A stretch of DNA of 64,000 nt from Candidatus Niyogibacteria bacterium CG10_big_fil_rev_8_21_14_0_10_46_36 (GCA_002772995.1 PFCO01000005.1:17001-81000); one strand, 5' to 3'. Counted from the stretch's first letter, positions 16,436-27,139 are shown. Notes: generated by a model from the letters alone, not told the origin. Program-made: numbers and translations.

Positions 16436-18961
16436 CTAAAGGTTTTCTATATCCTGTTCGCTAAATCGAACGACATCTCCCCGTTTAAGCTCGCCGGCAA
16501 GCATTTTCTTTGCAACATATGCCTCAATCCTGTCCGCGATTGCGCGGCGCATGGGACGCGCACCGAATGCCGGATTGTATCCTATTTCAACAACTTTTTT
16601 TACCAGAGCATCAGAAATCTCAAGTGAAATGTCTTTTTCCTTTAGCCGCGCCTTAAACTCGCCAAGTAACAAGCGGGCAACTTGCCCTAATTGTTCTCCG
16701 CTCAATGGATGGAAAACAACAATGCCGTCAAAGCGGTTTAAGAGCTCCGGGGAAATGATACCTTCACGCTGTATCGTATCCACTACTTCCTTTTTTACTT
16801 CCGCAGGGTCTTTGCCTTTCTTGACCAGATCCCAAATGCTTGATGCCCCCGCATTTGATGTAAGTATCATTATTGTTTCACGCATAGAAATGCGGTCGCC
16901 TCGCGAATCAGTGAAAAAGCCTTCTTCAAGAATCTGCAAAAAAAGATTCAGCACTTCATGCGATGCTTTTTCTATCTCATCGAATAAATATAATGCAAAT
17001 GGATTGTCGCGGGCTTCGCGTGAAAGCATGCCTTGCCCGGATGTCTCAAATGATCCAATGAGCTTTTTTATTCCTTCTTCTCCCTGGAATTCCGACATAT
17101 CAAACCGGATCATCCGGTCTTCGCCCCGGAAATAGACCGATGCGAGGGCTTTCGCGCTTTCTGTTTTTCCCACTCCGGTTGGACCCAAAAAGAGAAATGA
17201 CCCTATCGGGCGTTTTTGATTCCGGATACCTGCCCGCGCACGGCGCATAGTGTCGGCAATTGTGCGGATCGCTTCTTGTTGGTTGATAATGCGCTCATGC
17301 AGCAGGTCTTCAAGATGCAGCAAGATGTCTTTTTCTTTATCTTCGGCGTCTCCAAGAGGAATTTTGAGTTTACGCGAAGCAAACGTGTCTACATCGGCAG
17401 ACAAAATAATTCCGCTGCCCCTTGTTGCATATGCAGTAAATACCTCATCGGCAAGATTGATTGCTTTTTCGGGCATTGCCCCTGTTTGAATATACCGCCC
17501 GGCAATCTTGCTGATACGCGCAAGCGCCTGATACGAAAAAATAATATGCGAATTCCGCTCAATAGCAGGGACTACTTCTTGTAAAATGATTTGGGTTTCT
17601 AATTCGTTCGGTTCTTCTATGTCTATTTTGCTGAAGAGCGCCTGCACCTTCCCGTGCGGCTCAAGCACGGCGTGGTACCCGCGAGGATCTGCGAGCGCAA
17701 TCACCTGAAGCGCTTTTCCGGAAAATGCATGTTCAGTGATACTTACAAGGTCAGAACCGATACGCTCCGCGCTTTCTATCGCGTGCGGAAAATCCTCAAG
17801 CACGAGAATGATATTTCCGGCACCTACTGCTTCAGATAATATCCGTATCATACGCTCCTCAAAAGCGCCTTTTGTTTTTGTTCCGGCAATAATGCTGTCT
17901 ATATCCAAACGGACAATACGCTTATACTCCAGAAACGGCGATACAATTCCCCGGAATATCCGCGTAGCAAGCCCCTCAAGAACTGTTTCCTTCCCGACAC
18001 CATCTTTACCCACCAGAAGCACATTCGCCTCTCCGCTCTTTGAAAGAATATTCTCAACCGCATCAATAATATGTACGCGCCCCGCACGAACAAGCATATT
18101 GCCGTCCGCAGGTATGTCGCGGGAATGCGCATCAAGCGTATAGGTGTACCCGAACCCAAAATCCTTTGCAACGCCCGGAGTGCGCCCGAGCTCTGCTTTC
18201 TCCCAAAACGCACGCTTTTGGACACGCATTTTATGGAGCTCTTCAATCCAGGCAAGGGCGCCTGCAAACTCCTCGCGCCCGATTCTCCGTTCAAAAAGAA
18301 ACGAGCGGAGCCGTTCATCAATATCATAGAGCCCAAGCGCGCAAGACAAGACCCCGAATTGCACCACCTCTCCATCCCCCGTATCTAAGCCCGCCATGCG
18401 CCTTACAAATTCGCGCCGCGGGATATACACCTGCCTGAGACTCTCTTTTTGTGAATGGAAAAATGAAGAAAAATCCACAGGCGATACGCCGAGCCTCGCA
18501 CACGAAGCACCATACACAGCATTCCGATGGAGCATCGTATACGCATCAAACAACGAAAAATCTCCTTTTTCTTTTAATATGCCGAGTTCCGCATAGAGCG
18601 CCGCCCCCGAAAGAAGAAGAGCGATGTCGCTATCCTCCTTTTTGCCCACAATGACTGCCCGCGATGATGCAATATAAAAAAACTCAATAAATAAAAAGAA
18701 GTAAAAGAACGCCGCTGCAATAAAAAAGAAACCCCACAAGAAGAAGGGATCAAATGAAGAAAAAAACGAGAACAACCCGCCAAGAAATGTATGAGAAAGC
18801 GCGCGCAATAAAAACGCTATGCACAAAACAGTTATGGAGCATACATGCAGAAAGAGCCCGAGCCGCAACAAAAACAAGCGGATTGGCGCGCGGACAAATG
18901 CATCAACGCGGAGTGTCCGGTATAGCGCTGGAGAATGTGTTTTTATCGTGACCGAATCCAT
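16436..18961 (-). CDS. ClpC/ClpB-family AAA+ ATPase with degenerate first nucleotide-binding domain and hydrophobic N-terminal extension (start uncertain)
   Basis: D1: LLVGKDGVGKETVLEGLATRI and ILVLEDFP versus canonical GEPGVGKT / FIDELH. D2: FLFLGPTGVGKTESAKALA is canonical, followed by the ClpB_D2-small region. A Clp_N-like segment (IALLLSGAALYAELGI) is preceded by an F-rich hydrophobic region of roughly 100 aa. Confidence 0.75.
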   Translation of the reverse strand: MDSVTIKTHSPALYRTLRVDAFVRAPIRLFLLRLGLFLHVCSITVLCIAFLLRALSHTFLGGLFSFFSSFDPFFLWGFFFIAAAFFYFFLFIEFFYIASSRAVIVGKKEDSDIALLLSGAALYAELGILKEKGDFSLFDAYTMLHRNAVYGASCARLGVSPVDFSSFFHSQKESLRQVYIPRREFVRRMAGLDTGDGEVVQFGVLSCALGLYDIDERLRSFLFERRIGREEFAGALAWIEELHKMRVQKRAFWEKAELGRTPGVAKDFGFGYTYTLDAHSRDIPADGNMLVRAGRVHIIDAVENILSKSGEANVLLVGKDGVGKETVLEGLATRIFRGIVSPFLEYKRIVRLDIDSIIAGTKTKGAFEERMIRILSEAVGAGNIILVLEDFPHAIESAERIGSDLVSITEHAFSGKALQVIALADPRGYHAVLEPHGKVQALFSKIDIEEPNELETQIILQEVVPAIERNSHIIFSYQALARISKIAGRYIQTGAMPEKAINLADEVFTAYATRGSGIILSADVDTFASRKLKIPLGDAEDKEKDILLHLEDLLHERIINQQEAIRTIADTMRRARAGIRNQKRPIGSFLFLGPTGVGKTESAKALASVYFRGEDRMIRFDMSEFQGEEGIKKLIGSFETSGQGMLSREARDNPFALYLFDEIEKASHEVLNLFLQILEEGFFTDSRGDRISMRETIMILTSNAGASSIWDLVKKGKDPAEVKKEVVDTIQREGIISPELLNRFDGIVVFHPLSGEQLGQVARLLLGEFKARLKEKDISLEISDALVKKVVEIGYNPAFGARPMRRAIADRIEAYVAKKMLAGELKRGDVVRFSEQDIENL

Positions 18962-18967
18962 AAAGCG

Positions 18968-19354
18968 TTACAACAAAAGCAATACGCCGGTAATGAATGT
19001 CGCCGGGACCGAAACAGGCGATGTTATAAAATACAAAAATAAAATACACCCGACCACAAAAAGCGCGCACTCGCTCGCTATCGCGGTAAGTAAAAAAACA
19101 AACCGGATAACAAATCCCGTAATACGCAAAACGCTGTTAATAATGATGCGCTCGGCAATTTTTTCAGGATCAAACCCGCGCGCACCTGCTTCCTGCATCC
19201 TGCGCCATGGCGCAAACATGGTACGGGCAAGTACCGGAACGGAAAAAAAGTGATATACAAACCAGTGATAATTCATCCACGCACGAAAAAACGCTCCCAC
19301 CCCCTCCCGATACAGCCAATACACATAGGAAAATGTTGCCGGAAGAATATGCAT
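18968..19354 (-). CDS. Hypothetical polytopic small membrane protein
   Basis: 128 aa with 3-4 hydrophobic segments. Directly upstream of the Clp-like gene in a different frame. Confidence 0.35.
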   Translation of the reverse strand: MHILPATFSYVYWLYREGVGAFFRAWMNYHWFVYHFFSVPVLARTMFAPWRRMQEAGARGFDPEKIAERIIINSVLRITGFVIRFVFLLTAIASECALFVVGCILFLYFITSPVSVPATFITGVLLLL

Positions 19355-19574
19355 ATATATAAATCATATCATTTTAGTGAAATGTTTGGGAAAAGCACGC
19401 TTCCACCCCGCCAGAAATCTCATATAGAAAAATTTGAATTAAATTTTTCTATATCTTGCGGAGAGGTTTTTTGCCAATTTTTAAAAGCTAATATCGTTCT
19501 CATTGCCAACTTCCAGACTTCTAACGGGGTTCACAAACGCCCCAAAATCGCGTACTATAGATAAATAAAAACAT

Positions 19575-20234
19575 ATGATTATTACCTCATACGGCTTATC
19601 GTGCTTCAAAATAACCTCGGGCGAGCGCGCTGTCGCGTTTGACCCGCCATCTAAGAAATCGAGCCTCAAAAGCCCTTATTTCCAGACGGATATGGTACTG
19701 GTAAGCCACGACCACGATGACCATAACGGCAAAGAGGTGCTCCACGGAAAAAATGACGAAGCGCCTTTTGTTATAGACGGCCCGGGAGAATATGAATATA
19801 AAGACATCTCAGTACTCGGCGTTTCCTCTTTCCACGATGACGCTGAAGGAAAAAAGGAAGGAAAAAACACCATGTACCGCATGCGGTTTGAGGACGTCAT
19901 CTTATTGCACATGGGAGATTTCGGAGAAAAAACACTTCGGAACCAAACAAAAGAAAAACTTGGTGAAATAGATGTCTTATTTCTCCCCATCGGAGGGAAA
20001 ACGGTTCTAGATGCAGAGAGTGCCGCAAAAATAGCAAACGCAATTGAGCCGCGCATCATTATCCCGATGCATTATGACAATGAGGGACCAAAAAAGAAAA
20101 AAGATGCACTCAAAGCGTTCTTTGATGAGATGGGCATAAAAGAAGTCAAACCGGAAACAAAGTTCACATTCAAGAAAAAAGATCTGCCGGTAGACGAGAC
20201 GAAAATAATAGTATTGGAGCCTGCCTCATCATAA
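19575..20234 (+). CDS. MBL-fold metal-dependent hydrolase
   Basis: VLVSHDHDDHNG is the HxHxDH motif, followed by later His/Asp ligands. Confidence 0.7.
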   Translation: MIITSYGLSCFKITSGERAVAFDPPSKKSSLKSPYFQTDMVLVSHDHDDHNGKEVLHGKNDEAPFVIDGPGEYEYKDISVLGVSSFHDDAEGKKEGKNTMYRMRFEDVILLHMGDFGEKTLRNQTKEKLGEIDVLFLPIGGKTVLDAESAAKIANAIEPRIIIPMHYDNEGPKKKKDALKAFFDEMGIKEVKPETKFTFKKKDLPVDETKIIVLEPASS

Positions 20235-20235
20235 T

Positions 20236-20463
20236 ATGCCTTCACGCTCCTTTTTCAGCGCTTTAGAGGCATTGCAGAAAAAGTCTGACAAGGAAAAAGA
20301 TAAGATAATTTTTATAACGGTATGCGTTGTCATGATTGGAGTGATCGCTATATGGATATCACTCCCCCAAAAAGAAGCCACAGAACAGCAAATGCAAGAG
20401 CAACAGGCAGGGCCGTTTCGCGTTCTCTGGCAGGAGATAAAAAACAATACGCCTGAGTTTTAA
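20236..20463 (+). CDS. Small single-TM protein
   Basis: 75 aa with TM IIFITVCVVMIGVIAIWI. Tightly packed between the MBL gene and gyrA. Confidence 0.3.
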   Translation: MPSRSFFSALEALQKKSDKEKDKIIFITVCVVMIGVIAIWISLPQKEATEQQMQEQQAGPFRVLWQEIKNNTPEF

Positions 20464-20466
20464 TAT

Positions 20467-22920
20467 ATGAAAGAAGAACAAAAACAACCGCAACAAGAAC
20501 GAGGTATTGCTGACCGCAATATCGTTCAAGAAATGAAGGAATCGTACCTCGACTATGCAATGAGTGTTATTGTCGCGCGCGCGCTTCCTGATGTGCGCGA
20601 TGGACTCAAGCCCGTTCATCGCCGGATTCTTTACACTATGCACGAGATGGGCTTGTCTGCTTCTTCAAAACACCGTAAATCCGCGGCAATCGTCGGAGAT
20701 GCGCTCGGAAAATACCACCCACATGGAGACAGCGCGGTGTATGATAGCTTGGCACGCATGGCACAAGACTTTTCTTTGCGGTATCCCCTTGTCGACGGCC
20801 AGGGGAACTTTGGTTCTATCGACGGCGATGCGCCGGCAGCCATGCGTTACACCGAAGCGCGCATGACAAAAATAACCGCGGAAATGCTCCGGGATATTGA
20901 AAAAGATACGGTTGATTTTACCGACAACTATGACGGAACCCGCAAAGAACCAAAGGTGCTCCCGGCATCAATCCCCCAGCTATTATTGAATGGCTCGCTC
21001 GGTATTGCAGTGGGTATGGCGACAAACATCCCTCCTCATAACCTGAGGGAAGTCATCGACGCAACCATTCATCTTATCGAAAAGCCCAAAGCAACCATTG
21101 AAGACCTGGGTAATCTGGTCAAAGGCCCTGACTTTCCTACAGGAGGACTTATATTCAATGAACAGGATATTCTCCAGGCGTACGCGACAGGACGCGGCGG
21201 CATTGTTACCCGCGGAGAAGCAGAAATTGTAGAAAAAAAGCAGGGACAATTCCAGATTATCGTCACATCAATTCCCTACCAAGTATCAAAAGCTGACCTT
21301 ATTACAAAGATTGCTGACTTGGTTCGTGACAAAAAAATAGACGGCATCAAAGATGTCCGGGATGAGTCGGACAAAGACGGACTCACGATAGCGATAGACC
21401 TCGGACGCGACGCATTCCCGCAAAAAGTATTGAACGCGCTCTATAAGCACACTGATCTCGAAAAAGCATTCCACTTTAATATGGTAGGGCTTGTCGATGG
21501 TATTCAGCCCCAGCTCTTATCCCTGAAGTCACTCTTAGAATACTTTATCGCGCACCGGAAAGATGTCGTTGAACGGCGCACGAAATTCGAACTTGCACGC
21601 GCGGAAGAACGCGCGCATATCCTTGAAGGGCTCAAAAAAGCGCTTGATCATATTGATGCGATTATACAAACCATCAAAAAATCCCCCGATAAGGATGTGG
21701 CGCACGAGCGGCTGATGAAAAAATTCAAACTATCCGACCGCCAAGCAACGGCAATTCTTGAGATGCGCCTCCAAACGCTTGCGGGACTTGAACGCCAGAA
21801 AATAGAAGATGAACTCAAAGAAAAACAAAAACTCATCAAGCACTTGCGCGCGCTTTTGAAAGATCCGCAAAAAATGCTCAGCGTCATCAAGGAAGAACTC
21901 ATCGCTATCAAGGAAAAATATGGCGACGAACGAAAAACAAAGATAGTTACGCACGCGGTAAAGTCATTCTCTGCCGAAGATCTTATTCCAAACAAGGCAT
22001 CATTCACCATCCTTACCAAGGGCGGCTATATCAAGCGCGTAGACCCGCAAGAGTACCGCGGGCAGAAACGGGGCGGCAAAGGCATATCGGCGATGTCCAT
22101 GAAAGAAGAGGATATTATTGATACCGTGCTCTCCGGAAATACGCATGATGACCTCTTTTTCTTCACAAACACAGGAAAGGTATATAAGACAAAAGCGTAT
22201 GAGATTCCGGAAGGAAAGCGTACCACAAAAGGAAAATCTGCGGTGAATTTCCTCGCGCTCACTCCCACTGAATATATAACCTCAATGATCTCCGTTGCCA
22301 AAGATGAGAAGCATAAGAACTTTTCCTTACTTATGGTTACGGAAAACGGTATAATAAAGAAAGTAGAGTCTGCGCACTTTGACGATGTACGCCGTTCAGG
22401 GATTATCGCTCTTAAACTCCAAAAGAACGACACGCTCCGGTGGGTACGGCTTGCCCAGAAAAATGACCATATCATTCTTGCAACAAGAAAGGGCATCTCG
22501 GTCCGCTTCAAAGAGAGCGACGTCCGCCCGATGGGGCGCACCGCAGCAGGAGTGCGCGCAATCCGATTGCACCAGTCCGATGCTTTAGTAGGCGCCGATA
22601 TTCTGAGTTCGGGAGAAAAAAGCGCATCTCTCTTTGTCATCAGCGAAAAGGGGTACGGCAAAAAAACTCCCGTGCAGGACTACCGGATCCAAAAACGAGG
22701 CGGCAGCGGCATCAAAACAATGAACATCACCCCCAAAACAGGTCCCCTCATGGATGCAAAAATTATCACTGAACAAACAGAGCTTGTGGCCATTTCAAAA
22801 AAGGGCCAGATCATCCGCACAGAAGTAAAACAAGTTCCTGAACTTGGTCGCTCAACGCAGGGCGTGCGCCTTATGAAACTCGACGCAAACGACTCTATCG
22901 CGTCTATAACGTTGTTATAA
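20467..22920 (+). CDS. gyrA: DNA gyrase subunit A
   Basis: [27 protein letters not shown] with active-site Tyr region, and C-terminal beta-pinwheel repeats. Confidence 0.9.
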   Translation: MKEEQKQPQQERGIADRNIVQEMKESYLDYAMSVIVARALPDVRDGLKPVHRRILYTMHEMGLSASSKHRKSAAIVGDALGKYHPHGDSAVYDSLARMAQDFSLRYPLVDGQGNFGSIDGDAPAAMRYTEARMTKITAEMLRDIEKDTVDFTDNYDGTRKEPKVLPASIPQLLLNGSLGIAVGMATNIPPHNLREVIDATIHLIEKPKATIEDLGNLVKGPDFPTGGLIFNEQDILQAYATGRGGIVTRGEAEIVEKKQGQFQIIVTSIPYQVSKADLITKIADLVRDKKIDGIKDVRDESDKDGLTIAIDLGRDAFPQKVLNALYKHTDLEKAFHFNMVGLVDGIQPQLLSLKSLLEYFIAHRKDVVERRTKFELARAEERAHILEGLKKALDHIDAIIQTIKKSPDKDVAHERLMKKFKLSDRQATAILEMRLQTLAGLERQKIEDELKEKQKLIKHLRALLKDPQKMLSVIKEELIAIKEKYGDERKTKIVTHAVKSFSAEDLIPNKASFTILTKGGYIKRVDPQEYRGQKRGGKGISAMSMKEEDIIDTVLSGNTHDDLFFFTNTGKVYKTKAYEIPEGKRTTKGKSAVNFLALTPTEYITSMISVAKDEKHKNFSLLMVTENGIIKKVESAHFDDVRRSGIIALKLQKNDTLRWVRLAQKNDHIILATRKGISVRFKESDVRPMGRTAAGVRAIRLHQSDALVGADILSSGEKSASLFVISEKGYGKKTPVQDYRIQKRGGSGIKTMNITPKTGPLMDAKIITEQTELVAISKKGQIIRTEVKQVPELGRSTQGVRLMKLDANDSIASITLL

Positions 22921-22933
22921 AAACGCAAAAAGC

Positions 22934-23512
22934 ATGTCCGGGAACGGACTGCCGATATTACCATTCATTCGCATCAGCATTGTGGCCTTTCTTGACCCGA
23001 AAGACATTACCAAGCAAGCGAATATCAAAGAAGGAATGATTGTTGCTGACTTCGGAAGCGGCAGCGGATTTCGCACTATCCCGATTGCGCACGCCGTAGG
23101 GCGCTCGGGACGGGTATATGCTCTCGACATACAAAAAGAGATGCTTGAAGTCGTGCGAGGGAAGGCAAAAGCGGATCATCTCCTCAATGTATATACGATA
23201 TGGGCTGATCTTGAGTCCCCCAATGGAAGCACGCTCAAAGATGACTACACGGACCATGTTGTCGTTGCAAATATTCTTTTCCAGGCGGACGATAAGGACG
23301 CGGTCGCAAAAGAAGCGTTCCGCATACTCAAATCAAAAGGAACCGCTTCGGTTGTCGAGTGGGACATCAGCGCAGGCGTTCTCGGTCCTCCAAAAGAACA
23401 ACTGATAGACAAAGCAAAAACAAAGGAGGTATTTACCGCTGCAGGCTTTATCTGGGACAAGGAGTTTTATACAGGAGAGCATCATTACGGGCTTTTATTT
23501 AAAAAATCATAG
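22934..23512 (+). CDS. Class I SAM-dependent methyltransferase
   Basis: MIVADFGSGSGF (motif I) and VYALDI (motif II). Confidence 0.55.
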   Translation: MSGNGLPILPFIRISIVAFLDPKDITKQANIKEGMIVADFGSGSGFRTIPIAHAVGRSGRVYALDIQKEMLEVVRGKAKADHLLNVYTIWADLESPNGSTLKDDYTDHVVVANILFQADDKDAVAKEAFRILKSKGTASVVEWDISAGVLGPPKEQLIDKAKTKEVFTAAGFIWDKEFYTGEHHYGLLFKKS

Positions 23513-23515
23513 CGC

Positions 23516-24871
23516 ATGAAAAACATTTCCTTTCTGCAACTTGCCGTATTTTTTGTATTCATCACAGCAATTATTATTGCGTTTCTTATTTTTGCAGGCG
23601 CCCTTCCTGGCCTGCGCGATACGCGGTTCAAAGACCTCAACTCCCCCATTGAGTTTTGGGGCACACTCCCCCGGCAAGTGATTCTCCCCCTAATCGAAGA
23701 ATTTAATGACAAGGAAGAAAAAAATGTCGCTATCACCTACACGCAATTCAGCGAAGAAGAATACCTCCCGAAAGTTGTGGGCGCGCTTGCGGCAGGCACG
23801 GGGCCCGATATCTGGATACTCCCACAACAAAACTTTATTGAAAATCTTCCGAAAGCGCTCCAGCTAGGGCCGAAGTCATACCCGGAACGGGATTTTCGCG
23901 AAACATTTTTTGACGGAGCAGATATATTGCTATGGCCTCCGGGACGGGTTGCCGCCATCCCCTTTGTGTCCGACCAGCTCGTATTGTTCTGGAACAGGGA
24001 ACTTTTCCGTTCGGCAGGTGTTGCAGATGCACCCAAAAATTGGGCGGGATTTCTAGCCGCATCAGAAACGCTCACGCAAAAAAATTCTTCGGGAACAATT
24101 ACGCAGGCGGGTGCTGCTCTCGGTCTTTTTGAAAATATCACACACGCAAAAGACATTCTTTCCCTCTTTTTCCTCCAGGTAAAAAACCCTATTACTTTCC
24201 TCGCAACGCATGGCTCACAAGACAACTTGCAAGTGGACCTAAAAAGCGCAATAAACGATTCATCTTTTGATACACTCCCGGCAGTTGCAGAGAGCATCCG
24301 ATTTTTTAACCAATTTGCAGACCCCCGCAAACAGTCATACAGCTGGACGCGCAACATGCCCGAAGCCCAAGACGCATTCGCACAAGGACGCTTGGCAATG
24401 TATATTGGGTACGGCTCCGAAATAGAAAAGATACGGAACAAAAATCCGCACTTGGATTTTGACATAGCGGAGATTCCCCAAATATCAACCGGGAGCGCGC
24501 ATGTCACCTACGGGAAGCTTCAAACGCTCGTTCTTTCCCGGCAAGCCGAATCGCTCCGCCAATCCGCAGGCCTCCTCTTTATCAATTTCCTTGCCCGTCC
24601 AGAAAACCAATCTTCTATTGCGGAACGGTTCATGCTTGCACCAACCTCACGCGCAGCACTTTTGGCAGGCAACGATAACCCGCTCCTTGCGACAATCTAC
24701 CGCTCTGCCGTCAAGAACACATTCTGGCTTGACCCTGACCCCGAAGGAACCTACACGATTATCCGCGACATGGCGGAACAGGCAAAACTCGAAATAAAAA
24801 GCATTGAAGACATTATCAATGAAGCACACCTCAAAATGCAGCGGCTTTTAGAAGCCATTGTGTTACCGTAA
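23516..24871 (+). CDS. Extracellular solute-binding protein (SBP family 1-like), N-terminally anchored
   Basis: N-terminal TM, then MalE-like features (PKNWAGF, periplasmic-binding fold length). No permease or ATPase partner nearby. Confidence 0.5.
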   Translation: MKNISFLQLAVFFVFITAIIIAFLIFAGALPGLRDTRFKDLNSPIEFWGTLPRQVILPLIEEFNDKEEKNVAITYTQFSEEEYLPKVVGALAAGTGPDIWILPQQNFIENLPKALQLGPKSYPERDFRETFFDGADILLWPPGRVAAIPFVSDQLVLFWNRELFRSAGVADAPKNWAGFLAASETLTQKNSSGTITQAGAALGLFENITHAKDILSLFFLQVKNPITFLATHGSQDNLQVDLKSAINDSSFDTLPAVAESIRFFNQFADPRKQSYSWTRNMPEAQDAFAQGRLAMYIGYGSEIEKIRNKNPHLDFDIAEIPQISTGSAHVTYGKLQTLVLSRQAESLRQSAGLLFINFLARPENQSSIAERFMLAPTSRAALLAGNDNPLLATIYRSAVKNTFWLDPDPEGTYTIIRDMAEQAKLEIKSIEDIINEAHLKMQRLLEAIVLP

Positions 24872-24880
24872 TATAAAAAG

Positions 24881-26221
24881 ATGAAGCGTTTTTTTGTAAT
24901 TTTTCTTTTCGTTCTCGTCTGCGCCGCCGCATACGGCATTATATTTACAGAACACGCTTTTGCAAAAAGCGTGTATCTTTGCCAAGCCCTTGCTTCCGGC
25001 GAATCAAATGTTGCATACACAAATCCACAGACATGCGACGCAAGCTGTTCAATAAGTGCCTGCATTACACACACTGTCTCAGACAGCACGCAATCTGTGT
25101 ATGTCTGCGATAGCAATCGTTCTATCATTGCCGAAGACGCAGGCGCCTGCGCTCTTCTTTGTAGCGGAAGTGTCACGAACCAATCAAGCTGCACGCGGGC
25201 GAATATTTCAACCGCTTCACCTCCGCCATCCTTACCGGAGGGACAACAACCCGGTGATGGAGGGACAGGAGGATCAGCTCCTCAGCCGGGCGGAGCCCCT
25301 CCAGCTCCGGTAACTACTGACGGCGGCGGATTTGCCCCGTTTGTGCAATGTGCACTAGGGGATGCGGATCCGACCCAATGCAACCTATGCGAGGCGTTTC
25401 GTACAGGATGGCGCGTCGTCCAGTTCCTTTTCTACGCAATCATGCTTCCCCTTGTTGCGATTGCGTTTATTATCGGTGGCATTATTCTCTTGACCGCCGC
25501 AGGAAACGAGACGCGCATTACCCGTGGAAAGTCCATTGTATCAAATACATTTATCGGATTTATTATTGCGTTTGCCGCATGGCTCATCATAAGTACTGTT
25601 ATTGTTAATCTTGCACTAGGTGTAGGCGACATCCAATATTCAGATACGGGAACTACAATTAAATGGTACCAATTCCCTGATTGCACCTCCGGAACTGAAG
25701 TCCCGCTGGATCTTTCTTCTTCGGGCGGTGGAGGAAGCACCTCTAATCCTCCCGACAATGATAACGGAAACGGACAGCAGCCACCACCAGGGGGATCAAC
25801 ATGTTCTCCGGTCTCACAAGGTGTTTGCTCAGTAAACAGCCTCCAAAATACCTGCTTTGGAAATAACGCTCAAAATGCTTCTATTATCTGCCAGGCTGAG
25901 AGCGCTGGCGTGGCCGCAAAACCGAGCGGGAGTGATGTATGCGAAGGAGACGGAAGCGTTGTATCTTGGGGCTTATTTCAAATTAATATTTCCGCTAATA
26001 CGATTGGGGGGCTGGATTGCCCCTCTGCATTTGATAGTGCGTACACTGGAAGTAATCACAACTGCAGAGTTGTGAATCGAGATCTCTACAACCAATGTGT
26101 GGCGGCGGCTCAAAATGCTTCAAGCAATATTAATAAGGCATGTGAAATTTCAAGAGGCGGCACGAGCTTCAATAGATCCGATGCCTGGCAAAACACGGCG
26201 ACCGCCTGTAATATCCCGTAA
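24881..26221 (+). CDS. Tripartite protein: Cys-rich secreted N-domain + VirB2/TrbC-like hydrophobic hairpin + C-terminal lytic transglycosylase (SLT)-like domain
   Basis: Signal peptide, then a Cys-rich region. The hairpin WRVVQFLFYAIMLPLVAIAFIIGGIILLTAAGNETRITRGKSIVSNTFIGFIIAFAAWLIISTVIV matches the four downstream pilin-like ORFs. The C-terminus has CQAESAGVAAKPSGSD...VSWGLFQINIS, the SLT catalytic E-S ... GLxQ pattern. Confidence 0.5.
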   Translation: MKRFFVIFLFVLVCAAAYGIIFTEHAFAKSVYLCQALASGESNVAYTNPQTCDASCSISACITHTVSDSTQSVYVCDSNRSIIAEDAGACALLCSGSVTNQSSCTRANISTASPPPSLPEGQQPGDGGTGGSAPQPGGAPPAPVTTDGGGFAPFVQCALGDADPTQCNLCEAFRTGWRVVQFLFYAIMLPLVAIAFIIGGIILLTAAGNETRITRGKSIVSNTFIGFIIAFAAWLIISTVIVNLALGVGDIQYSDTGTTIKWYQFPDCTSGTEVPLDLSSSGGGGSTSNPPDNDNGNGQQPPPGGSTCSPVSQGVCSVNSLQNTCFGNNAQNASIICQAESAGVAAKPSGSDVCEGDGSVVSWGLFQINISANTIGGLDCPSAFDSAYTGSNHNCRVVNRDLYNQCVAAAQNASSNINKACEISRGGTSFNRSDAWQNTATACNIP

Positions 26222-26271
26222 TATAATACTATTTATAAAAAGAAGGTCTTAGCGTACAATACGAATACTAC

Positions 26272-26784
26272 ATGAAAAAACTCATCATCGCTTTTATTAT
26301 CATACTCTTGCTCATACTCGGATTTTTTGCGTACCGCACCCTTTTCTCAACACCTCCGGTAGACATTCCGAACCCGCCGGACGGAGACATAGATACTCTA
26401 TTCCCTATTTCACCTGCAACCCCCACCCCCCCGCTCCCGACCGGAGACAAAATTACAATCACCACACACAAGGGAACCGTAACGACAAATAATTTTTTCA
26501 AAATAGCAAGAGACATCGGGTCTGATGTATACTCACTGGCCGAAACGACTTCATACTACATTACATATTACCGTCCGGACAACAGCTTCCAAATAGCTAT
26601 AGGCTCGCGTCCGGCACAAGCAAGCCGCGCACAGGCAGAAAGCGCATTGGTGAACCTCCTTGGCATAACCGAACAAGAGGCCTGTGGACTGCTTATAAAT
26701 CTCGCTGTCCCCTTTGATGTGGACCCCGCACTAGCAGGCCACAATTACAATCTCAGCTTCTGTCCGGACGGTATTTCATTTTGA
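26272..26784 (+). CDS. Hypothetical N-terminally anchored protein
   Basis: TM KLIIAFIIILLLILGFFAY followed by a P/T-rich linker. Confidence 0.4.
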   Translation: MKKLIIAFIIILLLILGFFAYRTLFSTPPVDIPNPPDGDIDTLFPISPATPTPPLPTGDKITITTHKGTVTTNNFFKIARDIGSDVYSLAETTSYYITYYRPDNSFQIAIGSRPAQASRAQAESALVNLLGITEQEACGLLINLAVPFDVDPALAGHNYNLSFCPDGISF

Positions 26785-27137
26785 CCATGAAAAAAGCCTT
26801 CATAACAATAGCAGTTATCAGTATAGTGTGTTTAAGCGCATATTCACTTGCGCATGCGCAAGAAAGCTTCCAGCTCAATCTATATAATCCGCTCGGAAGC
26901 ATTGATTCGTTCGCCGCCTTGGCGGCATCAATCTTCCGGGCGATTGTTATTATAGCCATCCCGCTTACCGTTATTTTTCTCATCTGGGCAGGCATTCTCT
27001 TCGTTACCGCACGCGGGAACGAAACCCAGCTCGCAAAAGCAAAAAAGGTGTTTGTCTGGTCGGTTATCGGCGCTATGGTAATTGTTGCCGCTTGGGTTAT
27101 CGCAGTCGCCCTTAATAATTCCGTTCAAAATCTATAG
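26781..27137 (+). CDS. VirB2/TrbC-like pilin candidate (paralog 1)
   Basis: Signal peptide ...SLAHA, helix 1, loop TARGNETQLAKAKK, helix 2. 118 aa. Confidence 0.5.
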   Translation: MTMKKAFITIAVISIVCLSAYSLAHAQESFQLNLYNPLGSIDSFAALAASIFRAIVIIAIPLTVIFLIWAGILFVTARGNETQLAKAKKVFVWSVIGAMVIVAAWVIAVALNNSVQNL

Positions 27138-27139
27138 AT

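Noticed and set aside
18754-18951. 65-aa plus-strand ORF opposite the Clp N-terminal extension
   Set aside because: Arg/Lys-rich, no RBS, and lies within an A-rich stretch that mirrors the F-rich reading frame on the other strand.
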